Assembly: GCA_032718475.1 (NCBI GenBank)
Contig: JAUCBJ010004951.1
Location: forward strand, 1 to 32,027
Direction: 5' to 3'
Length of the DNA: 32,027 bases
Source of the DNA: Nemertoderma westbladi
Lineage: Eukaryota > Animalia > Xenacoelomorpha
Below the pieces are notes generated by a model. It did not search any database. It worked only from the letters and a program-made list of their open reading frames with translations, and was not told where the DNA came from. The translations under genes were made by a program, and so were the position numbers. Below are positions 1-12,385 of this stretch, piece after piece. Each line of letters starts with the position of its first letter. Position 1 is the stretch's first letter.

Positions 1-560
1 TAGCTAGTCAAAAAACACTAGCTACCATACAAAAAAACATATCTACTAATTTTCTAGAACAGTAATAAAACATGCTAGAATCAATTTATAAGGTATTTCC
101 AAGTATAAAATTTGCATTAGAAAAAATCTCTTTTTGTGACCCTTTTGCTTGACAAGTGTCAAAATATTGGACACTCCTTAAGCCAAAGGATCCCTACTTC
201 GCCCTGTCGACACCCCTATCACTTTCACCACTCAATTTTTAGTTTTTTTTTAATGCTTCTTTGGTATTGTTGAATGTGAATGTTTTTTATGATATCTAGT
301 ATTTTTTGCTACCGAGTATTTTTTGAATATATAAAAAAATTTGAAAATATGGATATTTCAGGTTTAAACTGTTGCTGAATATATATTAATGACCAAAATA
401 ATTTTCAAAAAATACTAGCTGGTAAAAAAAACACTAGTTACCACATAAAAACATCTACTAGTACTAAGGTTCTAGAACATTCACCAATCTAAAAAATTAC
501 TCAAAAACACAAAAAAATAAATGTTAAAAAACTTATTTGGGACCCTTTTGCTTAACGAGT
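1..560. repeat. Degenerate AT-rich direct/inverted repeat block
   Basis: 1-48 (tagctagtcaaaaaacactagctacca) recurs at ~416-460. gacccttttgctt-like motif at ~138 and ~541. Region ~285-328 resembles the reverse complement of ~403-450. Confidence 0.45.
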
Positions 561-1969
561 CAACATTTTTTTTAAATCACGACGTTTACGATGCATGTAG
601 ATTACATAAGAAAAAAATTTCCTACGTTTGCGAAATTCGCGACGATCCGTCAGTTTCTGTGCCCTAATGCGAATTCGGGACATGTTGCTCGAATTATTAA
701 AATATGTTATTTAAGTCTTATGCAGGTATAAACCCTCCCACAGACCGAAACCTCCAACTGACCGAAAATCAATGTGCGGCACTTGATGAAGATGGAACTG
801 GAGATTATACATTTTTAAGATCTCCGATGACCGATAAGTCTATTCCGTGTAATCCCGCAAAGACCGCAGAGTCGCTTATTCGAGTCCCGTCTTCATTCCG
901 GAGAATTGAAATTGTCTTATAAACTGACAAGTAGGTCCAATAATCATAAAAAAATACCTTCTCAATTAAAATTTTGTGTTCTTTCTCGTGGAGACATCCA
1001 ATTGGCACGACTGGGCACAGAAATTTGCAGAAATTGAATGCAAACCCCAAACTTCATCACCTTTACCGATATCGCGATATATCGGAGCCAGTATCTTCTA
1101 TCCCAGATATCTCGAAAACTAAGCAAGATATGGGAAAACGGTTTCCATATTTGGATTCAGCATGAAATTCTGCATCAGATAGGATATGTTTCAAAAATTC
1201 GACTTTTTGGTCAGAAAATGCGCTACCCCCCCCCCCCCCCCCCCCCCTCCCCCCTTAATAATGTATTTAATAATGATTTTATTGCGATTTATATTAATGT
1301 GGTGTGTATTAAATCTAATGTTATTTAGCAGACCCTACATGAGTCAATTACTGCTCTCTTTATGTGTGATCAAATATACTGACGGTCGGCAGAATAGTGT
1401 GTATGATCGTGATTGGTAACAAAGTATTTCCTAAAGAATACGCATTATACTTTAATCATAAGCGGTATCGTTGCGTTTTAGTATAAGTCTTAGTTCTGTT
1501 TAAATAGATAGAGCGCCACGTCCTAAAGGAACTGTTAATATTTCCCGAAAGCCAATAATATCTGTCAGAGATTAATTATTAACGATCTATCGAATAATAC
1601 AGTAAGTTTATGCTGCAACCTTACACTGCAATAATAAAATTTAAGCATCCGAATTCAGCCTCCCGGGTGTAGATCCATCGGGTGAATGATCGCGCATGGG
1701 CTGACTTCGGCTAATGTTTTGTGTATTAGCATAAATTGTTGTCGTATGCTAAAGGTGTTTTAATTAACTAAAAGACATATAAATTTTGGCAGGTTAAACT
1801 GCTAAAGGTCTTCAAAAGCGCGAACACCTTCTGTTCTGCCTGTTCTTTCACTTTCGGTTCGTTCTGCCGGCGGGGGGCAGCAGGGATTTGATGCCAGGAG
1901 ACGAGCTAGTTAAGAAGACGATGGAGATGGAGAAGAAGACGTTACGAATGGGGATTTTTTACTGGGCTA

Positions 1970-2178
1970 CATTGCCCTGGGTCTATAGCAATAGTGTCAA
2001 CCGAAATTCCGTCCATCTTCAGGATTTTATCTCTGGAAATGGATTGTTTTCGGCTGGAACCCAGTTCAAGAAGCGAACTGGAAAGCTATGGACTCATAGT
2101 GGACCCAGTGGTCACAAGTCTCAGATAGACCATATTCTGTTTCGTAGGAAGTACAGGAGCTCTCTACAAGATATGTAG
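1970..2178 (+). pseudogene. Non-LTR retrotransposon (RTE-like) AP-endonuclease C-terminal fragment
   Basis: NRNSVHLQDFISGNGLFSAGTQFKKRTGKLWTHSGPSGHKSQIDHILFRRKY matches the LINE endonuclease N.NG..L..F...WT...QIDHIL motif. Confidence 0.8.
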
Positions 2179-2447
2179 AGACACGTTATGTACAATCTTC
2201 TGTACTATTACTCTCCGCAACTCTAGTATCTAGTGGTGCTGGAAAGGTAACTTCTGATTTTAAGCGGAAAAAGATTGTTACTGGAAAGATTTTTGAATTA
2301 TTAATGTCGACTTAATTAATTAATTTCTAATAGCTGGCTTTGTAATTTTGATTGGATCTGTTTGTGCACTAGCATTTATCAATGGAACTGTACTTCTAAT
2401 AATACCTGATCTATTTTTGGATTGGTTGATACTAATGTTAAGCCCAG

Positions 2448-3356
2448 CATATGAATCACCTTCTTCGACAGGAGCTAATAAACCAACAGGTTGATGCCAT
2501 CAATGATGCTGACGACAGCAGGCAATCATCCCAGGCATGGAAATCGATCAACTTGCTTACTGGGCGGAAAAGCCAACCAACCACCAAGGTTAAGGCTGAA
2601 TCACCAGCCGATCGCCTCAATGGTTGGAATGCCTACTTTGAAAAGCTCCTCAATAATGACAGGGTATTGCCTGATAACTTTATAGAAGTAAAAGTGTCTG
2701 AGTCTGTACTCCCAGATATTCCCATTGGCGATATCTCCTTTGCTGAAGTGGAGGCTGCTGCAAAGAGCATTAAGACCAATCGTGCCAGTGGAGTAGATGG
2801 TGTTCCCCCTGAGGTCTTTAATATACCTGAGTGTTTAAAGCTCATCTATCCCATCATAGTAGACATGTACCGAACAACAAGAGTTCCCACAAGAAATGAA
2901 AACAAATAAGTTGGTGCCAGTTCCCAAGAAGGGCAACCTAATACTCTATGGTTCTTTTCGGGGAATCTCATTCATCTCGATTGCTGCAAAGCTATACAAT
3001 AGAATTCTATTAAATCGCATCAGGGATCCCATTGAGAGACTGCTCTGTGGAAATCAGAATGGGTTCCGTAAAGGGGACCATGGAGCCCATTTTGGCACTT
3101 AGAGTTGAAGAGTTATCAAAAAAGAAAGACAGGCATCGGGCTGTTATCTTTGTTGACTTCTTCAAGGCCTTTGATTCAGTCTCCCACTCATGCATGTTCA
3201 GCATACTTTCATTATATGGGATTCCTGGTGAAATTATTGCAGCAATCAGATCAGTATACGATGGTTCAACAACATTTGTGTCTACTGTTGATGATGACAC
3301 AGAACCATTTGAAGTGTTATGGGGCGTTCTCCAGGGAGACACACTTGCACCATTCT
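2448..3356 (+). pseudogene. Non-LTR retrotransposon (RTE/RTE-X-like) reverse transcriptase, frameshifted and truncated
   Basis: Three overlapping frames give RASGVDGVPPEVF, VPVPKKGNL..FRGISFISIAAKLYNRILLNRI, NQNGFRKG, FVDFFKAFDSV and GVLQGDTLAPFL. The fragment stops before the YADD motif. Confidence 0.9.
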
Positions 3357-4917
3357 TGTCACAACCATCATCATTGGGTTCTTATCCATTTCTTGTTCAG
3401 CAGTAGGATTATCATTGTCACAACCATCATCAGGAAAGATCTCTCAGTATGCGCTGTTGTTCATTGGCTTCCTCCTATCCAATGTAATACTGCTGCATGA
3501 GTTCTAACAACAGTGGTATAGAATCAGCTCCATGCCAAGATGACATCGAATCCCACCAAGATTGACCATTTGAAGGAATGAGGTCGTGTGAAGATCGGAA
3601 AGGCTTGGTCAGGATTAAGGCAAGTTGAGCGTATTTATCATGTTCCAATTCATTCCGTCTATCAGGCAACCGGGGGCCAATTATATCCGGAATTACATTG
3701 GTTTTTCATTTAACAACGCCATGAGTCAATCATTGTAGGTGTAGAATTCGGAATTTGAGAACTTCACCTGTTTTCCCCACAATAGAGACCTTCTCATACT
3801 GCTCCACAAAATCATACAGACTAACGTTGTCGAGTCCATCAGGGCGGTTGCAGTAGTCTTCCCACTGTGTGACTGATATGTATTCCCCAGTTTGGTGATC
3901 TCTTTCAAGCAGGGTCTCATATTCCTCCTTCTGAAGAATCGCATATGCTTGTGATAGGAGCAACGTTGAAAACCTATGTGATACATATGTTAGTTGCCCC
4001 TTCCATTCGATAAAGAAGGCAGCGAGAGGTGCAGATATTTCCTGTTTGCTACTGATCGTATAAACAATGCTGTTAAATCAGTTTCGCAGCAGCAGCGTGG
4101 GAATGAGACGTATTTAAGTCTTCCAAGGCTTTTTTTCCGTCGAACGCTGCTAGGATCATCTCAGTCTGACTCTTCACACTTTGCTGAGACTTCGTGACAT
4201 ATTTGACAACATAAAACGCCAGAAGTGAACCAGCTGCAAGAATGAGAATTCTGCAGTCATGATTACAACGAAGCAGCTCGAGTAACACAGGAACATAAGA
4301 GTTTATATATTCGTTTCCTATGACTCTAGCGTGTTCCACTTGACCATCTTCGAAGGTTGTAATCTCCACTGGTCCTGTCGTGACATATTTGACAACATAA
4401 AACGCCAGAAGTGAACCAGCTGCACCAATGAGAATTCTGCAGTCATGATTACAATGAAGCAGCTCGAGTAACACAGGAACATAAGAGTTTATATATTCGT
4501 TTCCTATGACTCTAGCGTGTTCCATATGTATCGATTGGAATGGATGTCTTTATAACAGTGTCGGCGAACTCAATTAACTTTCCCTTAGAATCTGAATCCA
4601 GATCTTTAAACTGATGCGAAGTGGCTGGGAAACCGTAAATCCAGATTAGGGAATGTAGATGTAAGGTGCCACGGCCTGCAGTTTCGGGAAGAGCAAAGAA
4701 TGCCTTCGTATAACCGAAAAGGCCACGTTCATTTCCGCTCTTGTTAGCCAAATACCATCCGAGAACATTGCGAATTAAGTGCGTGACCAAGCGATTGAAA
4801 TACGGTACTTTTCCGCCGCATGTGGCCTGTACCGAGCGCTGCAAACCGATCTGCGGGTGTAGGGAAGTCATCCGTATCGTTGAACTGAACAGATATATCC
4901 TTCACATTAGACGCCTC
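3357..4917 (-). pseudogene. Helitron Rep (HUH endonuclease) fragment
   Basis: Motif II GLFGYTKAFFALPETAGRGTLHLHSLIWI, motif III NSYVPVLLELL.CNHD...FYVVKYVTK and downstream YAQLALILTKPFR. Multiple frameshifts; possible 3' splice site (ttttcaaatatgcag) at ~4917. Confidence 0.85.
4192..4524. repeat. 147-bp direct duplication (period 186 bp) covering Helitron motif III
   Basis: 4192-4338 is almost identical to 4378-4524. Confidence 0.95.
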
Positions 4918-5009
4918 TGCATATTTGAAAAGTAGAATAAAAATAATTATGAGTTTAGTTAATAATAATAAAATGCTTTAAATATATATAATAAAAGGGC
5001 GCTCATTAA

Positions 5010-5830
5010 CCCTATTAAACCCGGGGGGGGGGGTCAATATGACCTCCCCGCACCCGTGTTTTTTTTGTTATAAGTTATAACTCTGAAACGAACGCGTTGC
5101 GAATCTGACATTTTATGACTTTTCCTAAAAATCTATTGTCTTCCCAATTGTGAAAACAGTTTTCAAAAATATTGGGAAGTCTTCGAGTTATAACACCATT
5201 ATTTAACACAACTTTTGGCACTTTTTTTGAGACTTTTTTTGAAAATTACATTTCATGAAATATGATTTGTAACATCTCTATTTTCTATTTACACCGGCTT
5301 TTTGGTGTTTGCAATTAGATGGAATTCATATAAATTAATGTAGAAATTTCAAACTTGTTTTTTTCATCGGGTGCCAAATTTTGGTGCCAGTACCAAATTT
5401 TTAATTATGTCAAAGTTGAAAATTGATTGTTTGAACCTGTTTTTTACACAATTGGGGTTTTTTGGGGTTCTGGTTTCAATGGAATATATACGAGTTGCAC
5501 CAGGCGTATCAAACTTGTATTTTTCGGTGCTGTGTGCTAAATTTGGTGCCAGCACGAAATTCTGAAAATCCATTCAATTGCTTGTGACACCTTATTTCTC
5601 GCGTTTTAGAGGTTTATGGCGTAAGAGTTTTCAAACTTGTATTTTTCGGGTTAAAATTGTTGTACCAGCACCAAATTTTTAAAAATAAGCAAATTTATCA
5701 ACATATATTATCACCTGAATCCGATTAAATCATTTAAAACAGCACTATCTCAAACCTGTACTATTTCGTCATGGATACGAAATTTGGTGCTAGCACCAAA
5801 TCTTTATAAAAGAAATCCAAACATAACCTT
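5010..5830. mobile_element. Non-autonomous DNA-transposon-like piece with internal palindromic repeats
   Basis: Starts TTAA|CCCTATTAAACCCGGGG, a piggyBac-like end. Four copies of aaatttggtgc(c/t)agcaccaaat-like palindromes at ~5377, 5539, 5655 and 5779. No matching right end found. Confidence 0.4.
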
Positions 5831-6233
5831 ATACAACGCCGATTTATGACCATGTATTAAAATTAAACTGTATGCTAATCCAATGCTCGTTTACTTTGTG
5901 GCTCGCCCTACATTTTAGAAATAAATGTATACCATGTCCCGGTATACCATGTCATCTGAATTCCAGTCAGACAATAGATGTGAACTATGCCGTAAGACAA
6001 GTTCATCGTCGCATCCTCACATTCGTTGTAACATCTGCGCTTGCGTTGCAGATATTACGTCACCTGCAAATATAATTAACCAAAAAAAATATAATTAAAA
6101 AATCATAAAAAATTACTCACTACATTTCAATATACTGCGTAGCAAAAATCGTCATATCAAATAATAAGTGACAGAATAGATCTGCAATAATAAATGTATA
6201 AGAAAGAGGAAATAGTTGTCCCATGATACGTAT

Positions 6234-6400
6234 GGGGACGTTCATAAAGTATGTCAAGCAAATTTCCCCGATGTTTGACACCCCCCCCCCCCCCCCCCCC
6301 CATCTCTGTCACAAGGTGTCACGCAAGCTCCCCCATCTGTCACAATAGTAAATTTATAATACCCAGCCCCCGAGACAAAAAATATTTATGTCAATAATAC
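6234..6400. mobile_element. MITE-like terminal fragment
   Basis: ggggacgttcataaagtatgtca...cccccc...tgtcac repeats resemble common invertebrate MITE ends; partner end not seen. Confidence 0.3.
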
Positions 6401-6403
6401 ACA

Positions 6404-6690
6404 ATGTTTGTTATGCCAAAATACAACATCGGATTTCCCATATCACATTTCCCACGGACAAGTCAAGTGTTCATCTATATATTAATAACAGGTATTACAG
6501 AGTCGGAGTCAATGGATGCTATGTCCTCCCCAATAATGGAGGGTGGCACTAAATATTCATCGTTTGTTATGCCAAAATACAATATTAATTCAATCACTAT
6601 CTACATTTTCCAAGTCAAGTGTTCTTATTCTATATTAATAACAGGTATTACAGCGTTGGAGTCAATGGCTTCTATGTCCTACTCAATTTA
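6404..6690. repeat. Diverged ~157-bp tandem duplication
   Basis: gtttgttatgccaaaatacaa...caagtcaagtgttc...attaataacaggtattacag...ggagtcaatgg occurs twice (~6406 and ~6562). Confidence 0.8.
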
Positions 6691-6749
6691 TCTATTATAC
6701 TCAATGTCATATGTCATATCATGTCAAATGTCATATTGTATAATGCGGC

Positions 6750-9480
6750 AGCAATATTTCTTCTTAACTCCAAGAGTGTAGCAGCAAGATTTAATGTTGC
6801 CTCTTCTTGCAATTCGAAATACAAAACTGCTGGAGTACCGTAACAGGATATGTTGTTATTGAGAAAGAACTCACGGAGACAATTCCAGGCAGCTATGGCC
6901 AACTTATCTCGGCTCTGCGTTCCTCCAGACTGCTAATGAATTGGCATGTTGTAATAGCTGCTCTCTTCCTTAAACTCCTGGTGGTAGTAACCCAGCTTTA
7001 ATGAATGATGTCTTCAGATTTGGAACACAGAAAATATCGTGTTCGGTTTCTAATGTTCCCATGCTCAAGATGAAACATAGCAGAAACTTTAGCAGAATTT
7101 ACAGTATAATTAACATTAGTATTATTGATGTTTCTAATGAAATCTTTTAGAAGGGGAATTACAATAGGTCGAATTTGCACCATCCTATTGTCGCCATCTA
7201 TCCAAGCACCAGTGACCCGATTGGTCTGCGTTCCTGGGTGGAGTAATTCGTGCAAACCAGGTTAAGTACAACTTCAGTGAGTTTACAAACACTAACACAG
7301 GTGTCCGTAGGGAGAACACTGATATTTTGTCGATGCTTATCTTTGCAGCTTTTCTATCCAGAATCATCAGTTCCTGGATTTGGGTAAACTGTCACTCAGG
7401 TAGCAATTGCATCAAATCCTGATGTACCCTAACTGCTTCCAGGAAGTCACCAACCGCCCCTCCATCTGCTGGTACTGCTGGTCCCCTGTAACGTTTTTCG
7501 ATCATATATCCATGGCGAAGATCGATATCCATAACAACTGTTGGTATGTAAATCGAATCTATATTTGAAACTGTCAGAGGGAATTCCAATAATAGCCATT
7601 CTGCTTCTGGACAACCAAGAGATCTTACTTGCTGTGTTATTTGTTTGGATTCCTGTTGTTGGTCTTTATTTTCTTTATTAATATGTTGGCCGGTTATTTT
7701 AATATTTTAATATTCCTGGGCTGTGACTTTAATGGCATCCTGTTTATTCCCAGAAGTTAAATACAGGCTGCATTTCTCATCCGAACCATCTTCATATTTA
7801 GTGACGTAATCCGCTGAGGTATGGTGATCCGTTATTAAAGCATTGTCATTTGATTGATGCAATGCAAACAATGAAGGAAAACATGGAGAAAATGCCTCAT
7901 CTCCATCGGTTGGATACGTATGTCGACCAGCAACTAGAGGGGGGAGAAGTCTGATGGGTCTACCTCACCGGGGATCTCGTTCAGCTAAGATAAGCCAGAT
8001 AAGCTTCTAGGGCCTCTTTCGAATGTTTCAGTGGAATGATGTCATAGCTGTATCCTTCCTGCGTACTAGTTTTACGGTGCCTACACACTCTTCTTTTGAC
8101 ACCTGGCCCCTTCCACAGAGCAGCTATGTACTTGTCTTTTTATATTTGACAATATTTGTTCCAGTTGTTCCCTGTCTCTTATTATACCTAACTGATGTGG
8201 TCAATGTCGCCTAGAGGTTTTTTGTGCGACTTTTCAATGTACTAAATTAGGTATTCATGGGCTCGCTGGTTGGCACGAGTATATAGCATCATGGCTGACT
8301 GAGTTATTGAATGTTGTAATTCAGGAGAATCTACAGCAGCTGATAGTAGCTTTTGCACCTGCTTCCAAATAGGTGCAACTCCTGGATGCGTATCCATGTC
8401 GATAGTATGTGTATAAAAATATATTGGAGGACCTTTTTGTTAGCAAGAACATTCGATAATTCCAACACATTTCTATCACTATCAGTTTGATCAAAATTAA
8501 GTCGGCATTTGGCTTTGATGTTTGGAATGGTGGAGGACTTGCTAAGAAGGGCACCGAGCCCTCGTTTCATAACATATCTCAAGTCCATATATTGTAAATT
8601 GCAGTTCATTAGGGCATTGAATACAAAGACAAGGTAATTCGGATCAGTAGATGTAAGTGAATGGCCACTTAACAGGCCACCCACCAAGGGTGCGGTTCGG
8701 GTGATTCTTCCGGATTTACATTACTTTCACTATCTAACAAGTGATCTGTAGCTTCTGTTGGAGGTCTGGGAGTTACAAGAACATTCAATGATGACATTTG
8801 ATCCCAATGTCTACTACACATAGCCGCTGTACATTCCCCTCTCTGGGCATCTATGAGTTGACTTTTTATTACAAAGTGCATTTGTCAGCAACAAAGTACA
8901 GCAAAGATAGCCTGAACCACGGAAATCTTTTGTTAGGGGATACAAATGTTTTTGGCACTTTGTTTGGATTTCCTCCCATGTACTTACTGTAGGTAATCAT
9001 CCTGCACCTTTGATTGTATATTGGTGATGGATTTACAATAGTAAGCGTCCACTTTCTATTTATCAACACAGTATCTGCGTGAGTAGCTCTCTGCGGGATT
9101 ATAGATTATAGGGCGTCGGTGTTATAGAATGGTTGAAGGAATCGGCGAAATACTTCTGTATGCATCCGCCCTTCCTCATAAACTGTATGTCCCTCTCCGA
9201 GACCTAATGGGTGTCGCTTTAGAGTCCTAGACACTATATCGCCATCGGTAATGAAACATGTTGACCGATGATTCTATAGCCAAATAATATTGTAGGATTA
9301 TCCCTGGAGGCGAGATAATCGCCCAATATACGCACCCTCTCCATTTCAGCTGTGATTCAAACCTGTTGATGTTAGGGGTAGCTCCTTCTCCATATACGTC
9401 CGTATATTTGCTCCTCTTACTCTCCTTATAATCCCAACTTAGGTATGAGATATAGCTGGTTCCAGTTTTGAGCGTGTTAT
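6750..9480 (-). pseudogene. Second, divergent Helitron-family Rep pseudogene
   Basis: Manual translation gives KGPPIYFYTHTIDMDTHPG (~8380-8435; motif I-like), SADYVTKYEDGSDEK (~7775-7820; motif III), RSLGCPEAEWLLLEFP (~7580-7625) and DKISVFSLRTP. Motif II not found. Assignment of 8850-9480 to the same element is weaker. Confidence 0.6.
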
Positions 9481-9518
9481 ACTCCACGTGGGTTTGTCTG
9501 AGTTCTCAATTACCAAAT

Positions 9519-9574
9519 ATTCAAGTTTATTGAGTTTATTAAGTTTATTGAGTTTATATTAAGTTTATTCAAGT
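9519..9574. repeat. 9-bp minisatellite (ttatt(g/a)agt)n
   Basis: attcaagtttattgagtttattaagtttattgagtttatattaagtttattcaagt. Confidence 0.8.
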
Positions 9575-9858
9575 ACTGCGTGCCGTGCCAGTAGCAGAAA
9601 GCTGCCTGTGCAATTACTTTGGACTCAGGCAGGTGAGTCAAACTGTAAGGCCTACAGAGCTAACCAGTACTGTACCACCAGTACAGCAAATCACCAAATT
9701 ATAGAGTGTGCTATTTGCACCTAGTATATTTACTTGCGCATACTGACAAACAGCATCAGCTCGCACCTATAAGAGATACAGGTTGACCCGGGTTTTTCCT
9801 GTCTGAATCTGAGATATTTGGTCCTAAATTTTATGGCGTCCCAGGACGGCGTCACGCT

Positions 9859-10920
9859 TCACCCTGATCTAAGGAACTTACGGCGGGCAATGGCAGCCTT
9901 CATCATGATCTTCTCCATGTGGGCATATCCTGGCACTAATAAAAGTTTATTCACCCATTCAGGATGGTCACTAAGCAAGTTTAAGGCAAGGGACATAGGA
10001 CTCCCATCCATTACCATAGCCACCCACTCCCTACTGCAGCTCGGGTCACATACACCACTATTTTGCATTGTCCTCTCCATTATAGACTCCACAGCAGCAT
10101 ACGAGCTCAGATCGCCTTCAATGGGTGAATGGACCTGTACATCCGTAAACAGTGGACCAGGGGTGGCTTCAATGGTGCCTCGATCCTCCAACAATGATAT
10201 GAGTCTTTCATACGTTTTGTCATTGAATATCGTTGATTATGACTTGAGGTGACCCTTCAGGACAGATAATTCCGACAGGACAAACAGGGAATGAATCGAA
10301 CTAAACAATGTTTTGTTTTGGTTCAAAAATGAGTCTAGTGTGCTATCTAATTTTTCTCCAAGCTCTAAATGTTTCATGTTCATCTGTTGGTATTTATGTT
10401 TTGGTGGGTGATTAATCGAAAGGACGTTTGTGACCTTTGATACAGGTAGCAGTAGATGTTTTTGATTATATACATGGTACGTTTTACCAACAAACTGCAT
10501 GTTGTCAATTAGTACTGAAATATCTCCATCCCCAAATGATTGTTGAGTATTTGCTGAATATTTCAGCATCCTAGTTACCGTCATGTAACTGAGTAACACA
10601 CTACATTCTCCAAAGTTGCTAGTTTACCATTATATTTGGAGTGTATAGAAGATAATATAAGTTCATATAATTTGACAGCAATAGTTTTAGATCTTTTCGT
10701 TTTAGAGGTCGTCAAATCTTTATTGTCCACACCAGTCAGGTCATACAAAAAATCCCGCACGTCACCTTCCCGAATCACCTTGTCTGGATCATATTCCAAC
10801 AAATCATTTAAATCGTAGCGCGATCTGTTCAACTGGGTGGCACAAATTTCTCGCAGCTTGCTTCCTGGTGATTTAGATCCAGCAGCCACGGTATTATTAC
10901 AGGTGGTGACTGGAGGGGAT
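9859..10920 (-). pseudogene. Disrupted ORF of an unclassified, transposase-like family
   Basis: Three track ORFs join via one frameshift (~10590) and one in-frame stop (10237-10239). Motif SSYAAV...REWVAMVMDGSP...LLLVPGYAHMEKIMMK recalls DUF6589-like repeat-encoded proteins. Confidence 0.5.
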
Positions 10921-11039
10921 TGTGATACAGTAGAAAATATGCTATCAACGAAATTACAGAAACAAATAGCTCAACAAGATCTTGTAGATCCCTTCTTTAT
11001 CATTTAATTTAATCTAATCACACCAATAGTTTAGGCACA

Positions 11040-11300
11040 TATTATGCCAATTTTAGCCAATTTGTTGGATAATCTACATATTCAAATTGTACAGGCACGA
11101 AGTAAAGGAAATTTCTTAATATTGGGTGATTTAAACGGACAAATGGGAACAAGGAAGACGACACCGCATATAAGTCACAACATTATTGGGCAATACAATC
11201 TGACAGATATCAACCAAAATGGAAAAATACTGCTGGACTTCTACCAGGCTTCCAATATAGCCATAGCAAATACATTCTCCAGACATAAAGGTACTATTGC
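11040..11300 (+). pseudogene. LINE AP-endonuclease fragment
   Basis: FLILGDLNGQMG...IGQYNL...NQNGKILLDFYQASNIAIANTFSRHK. Confidence 0.85.
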
Positions 11301-11309
11301 ATATTGTTA

Positions 11310-11440
11310 GAAGTAGTTTTTGGTCTGTATTGACATGAAAATGATCAGCACCATGTAATTACAGTTTGCATCTCTCAGCTGCCCACAGAATAGCCAATAA
11401 CCCTTGCTCACAAACAGCCCACCTCGTTTCAGCATCATTC
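11310..11440 (-). pseudogene. Ty3/Gypsy RNase H fragment
   Basis: Manual translation DAETRWAVCEQGLLAILWAAERCKL*LHGADHFHVNTDQKLL matches the AE.RY...E.ELLAI.WA...F.V.TDHKPL motif. Confidence 0.75.
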
Positions 11441-11644
11441 AAAAATCGTGATCCACATATGATGATCATGCATCGTATAGAAACCAAGGCTGTTTTTTCA
11501 TTTTTTTTTAAGCCTGTTATAACATCATTAAATCCAAATAGTTGTCCCCATCATCACATTTGATATTGTTTGGTATTCGGATGGGATCCAGTGTTTAAAA
11601 TCAATATATTAGAATCAACTCCACTTTACAATTTTTTCATGAAA

Positions 11645-11730
11645 GAGGGATTGGCTGATAATAATAAAGACGGTGAGGGATTGTCTGATAATAATAAAGA
11701 CAGTGACGGATTGTCTGATAATGATGGACT
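11645..11730. repeat. 30-bp tandem repeat, about 2.5 copies
   Basis: gagggatt(g/t)ctgataataataaagac(g/a)gt-like units. Confidence 0.75.
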
Positions 11731-11890
11731 ATGCGATATAGACATTGGTCTGGAATTGTTTGATAAATACAATATTGGAGGGGGAACTTGTGATATTATT
11801 GACTTTGGTGACGATGATTTTGGAGGATGATTTTTTTTACTTTACTTTACTTTTTTGATAATAATGAAATTGTAGGACATACTAAACTAG

Positions 11891-12207
11891 CTAGCTCCAG
11901 AAACTACGTTTGCGTGGTATAAAACTCGTGAAAAGGAATACCTTCCATTATTTACTAAGGATGGCTCATTAGTTTATTGTACCAATGTCAGTGGACTTAT
12001 AGGGTAATTTGGGGCCATTTGATCCTAATGACTGGCATGGTGTTTATTCATAGACTCATCAAAAATACGCCTCAAAGCTGTACTCTTACATAATGGAAAT
12101 ATCTTTGCTTCTATCCCTTTGGCTCATTCAACTCACTTAAAAGAGACCTATGAAAGTATGGAGGTCTTTACTAAAATCAAGTACGCTGATCATGAGTGGT
12201 ATATTTG
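11891..12207 (+). pseudogene. DDE transposase fragment, Chapaev3 (CMC)-like
   Basis: Manual translation LVYCTNVSGLI...FDPNDW...LFIDSSKIRLKAVLLHNGNIFASIPLAHSTHLKETYESM...IKYADHEWYIC; family name from recalled motif. Confidence 0.7.
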
Positions 12208-12239
12208 TTTAGTTTTATTAGTAGTATTTATTTAGTTGT

Positions 12240-12385
12240 TTAGAACAGCGGTTAAACTAACTTAGGAACAAACGCTAGAACACCAGATAAACTAACTGAG
12301 GATCAAAGATTAGGACAGCGGTCAAACTAACTGAGGAACAAAGGTTAGGACAGCGGTTAAACTAACTGAGGAACAAACGTTACAA
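12240..12385. repeat. ~35-bp tandem repeat, 4 copies
   Basis: taggacagcggttaaactaactgaggaacaaacgt consensus. Confidence 0.85.

Noticed and set aside
1038-1419. Poly-proline ORFs (also 15827-16144)
   Set aside because: Caused by C homopolymer runs.
12240-12385. 35-bp repeat as a CRISPR remnant
   Set aside because: Head-to-tail copies with no spacers.
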